DNA of 63,992 bases, the filler included, from Octopus bimaculoides (Eukaryota), in assembly GCF_001194135.2 (NCBI RefSeq). It is 7 parts of 7 records of this genome, joined end to end, with 100 filler letters (N's around TTAATTAATTAA, not from the genome) between each part and the next. Parts side by side here need not be neighbours in the genome. Positions count along the whole stretch, not along the records: positions 62,809 to 63,992 come from NC_068988.1; 6 more parts are not named here. One strand, written 5' to 3'. The notes under the pieces were generated by a model. The model saw only the letters and a program-made list of their open reading frames with translations. It had not been told where the DNA came from and searched no databases. This document shows positions 62,855-63,992 of the stretch, piece after piece (positions within the stretch are counted from its first letter, which is position 1; every line of letters begins with the position of its first letter). The position numbers and the translations under genes are program-made.

Positions 62855-63489
62855 TCATGCTCCAGGATGGCCACTGCCTTAGCGCTGAATCATATAAAAG
62901 AATAAGAGAATATACATATAGGCATATACTTATGCTTTATATGTCTATATATACGTGCGCGTACGCACACACACAGATATATACATACATGCATACTTAT
63001 ATCTATACATATACATACACATGTTGTATATGCGTGTATATGTGCGTGTGTGGGCGTGTGTGTGTGTATGTATAACAGTAAGACAATATAAGCGAACAGA
63101 AATGAAAAGTCTACAGGATCGCCCCACCTCACCCTTCCTCACCCTTCGCTTTGGAAGCCACCCACCACCACCACCACTACCACCACCTCAGAAAAAGAAG
63201 AAATCTAGAGAGAAGAAAAGAAAATATGATAACCGACGTTATTATCTTCTTAATCTGCCAGATATCCGATGACACGAAAAACAGGTGGGCTGATAGCAGT
63301 AACAATTCTCAAGAATGCCATTGTTGGGTGCGTAAACGAAGCTCATGTTCCAAACGCTAATTGAGTCTTATTATCTCGAAGCACTTATTTTTGCTAACGT
63401 TGGTCTGGTCTGGTTCGGGCCAGAGCCAGGCTTGCCTCGGCTCGGCTTAGATTCGCTTTGTTTTTGTTTGTCTTTAAGCTTTATTATCT

Positions 63490-63860
63490 TTTTTCTACTC
63501 GAGGAACAAGGCCCGAAATTTTTGGGGGGAAGAGGCCAGTCGATTAGGTCGACCTCAGTACGCAATTGGTACTTAGTCTGTCGACCCTGAAAGGATAAAA
63601 AGCAAACTCGGCTTCGGTGGAATTTGAACTCAGAACGTAGAGACAGACGAAATACCGCTAAACATTTCGCCCGGCGTGCTAACGTGTCTGCCAGCTCGCC
63701 ACCTTAAATATGTATATATATCCATTTCTACTCTAGGCACAAGGCCCGAAATTTGGGGAGAGGGGGCCAGTCAATTAGGTCGACAACAGTACGCAACTGG
63801 TACTTAGTTTATCGACCCTGTAAGGATGAAAAACAAAGTCGACCTCGGCGGAATTTGAAC
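63490..63860 (-). mobile_element. Two tandem SINE family B copies, the second truncated at 63860
   Basis: 63490-63705 and 63724-63860 match family B. Confidence 0.85.
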
Positions 63861-63992
63861 TGCTGAGAGATTAGTTCTCGGCATGGGGATCCTGCGGGCA
63901 GGATCCCGATACGATGACTAAGAATAGGTGGTACCACGTTCTCTTGGCGGGACAGTGGGGTCACCCCAGGCTTTGACTATGTAGAGTCTACC

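Overview
AT-rich, microsatellite-dense animal genomic DNA with many N gaps. The SINE and LINE families resemble those of octopod cephalopods; this is inferred from sequence, not from a search. Six artificial 100-nt spacers (44 N + TTAATTAATTAA + 44 N) indicate a concatenation of about seven contigs/scaffolds: 1-26381, 26482-40151, 40252-50393, 50494-58416, 58517-59987, 60088-62708, 62809-63992. Adjacency across those spacers is therefore not biological. No intact host gene, rRNA, true tRNA or CRISPR array is supportable, and most listed ORFs are simple-repeat or N artefacts. The recognisable content is mobile DNA: several tRNA-derived SINE families; a decayed L1/Tx1-clade LINE; many R4/Dong-like RLE-LINE fragments in (AAT)n tracts; RTE and CR1-like fragments; Penelope-like (PLE) fragments; a pogo-type transposon relic; a mariner MITE; and an unclassified MITE. 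Most notable: (1) the Tx1-like LINE is bracketed by about 315-bp inverted copies of its own 5' end/ORF1 start; (2) five PLE-type minimal hammerhead ribozyme motifs, one fused to a tRNA-like Pol III head just after a PLE ORF; (3) stacked R4-like 3' ends in AAT repeats; (4) SINE arrays that appear to re-use the same target site. Coordinates were read by eye, and boundaries of decayed repeats are approximate.
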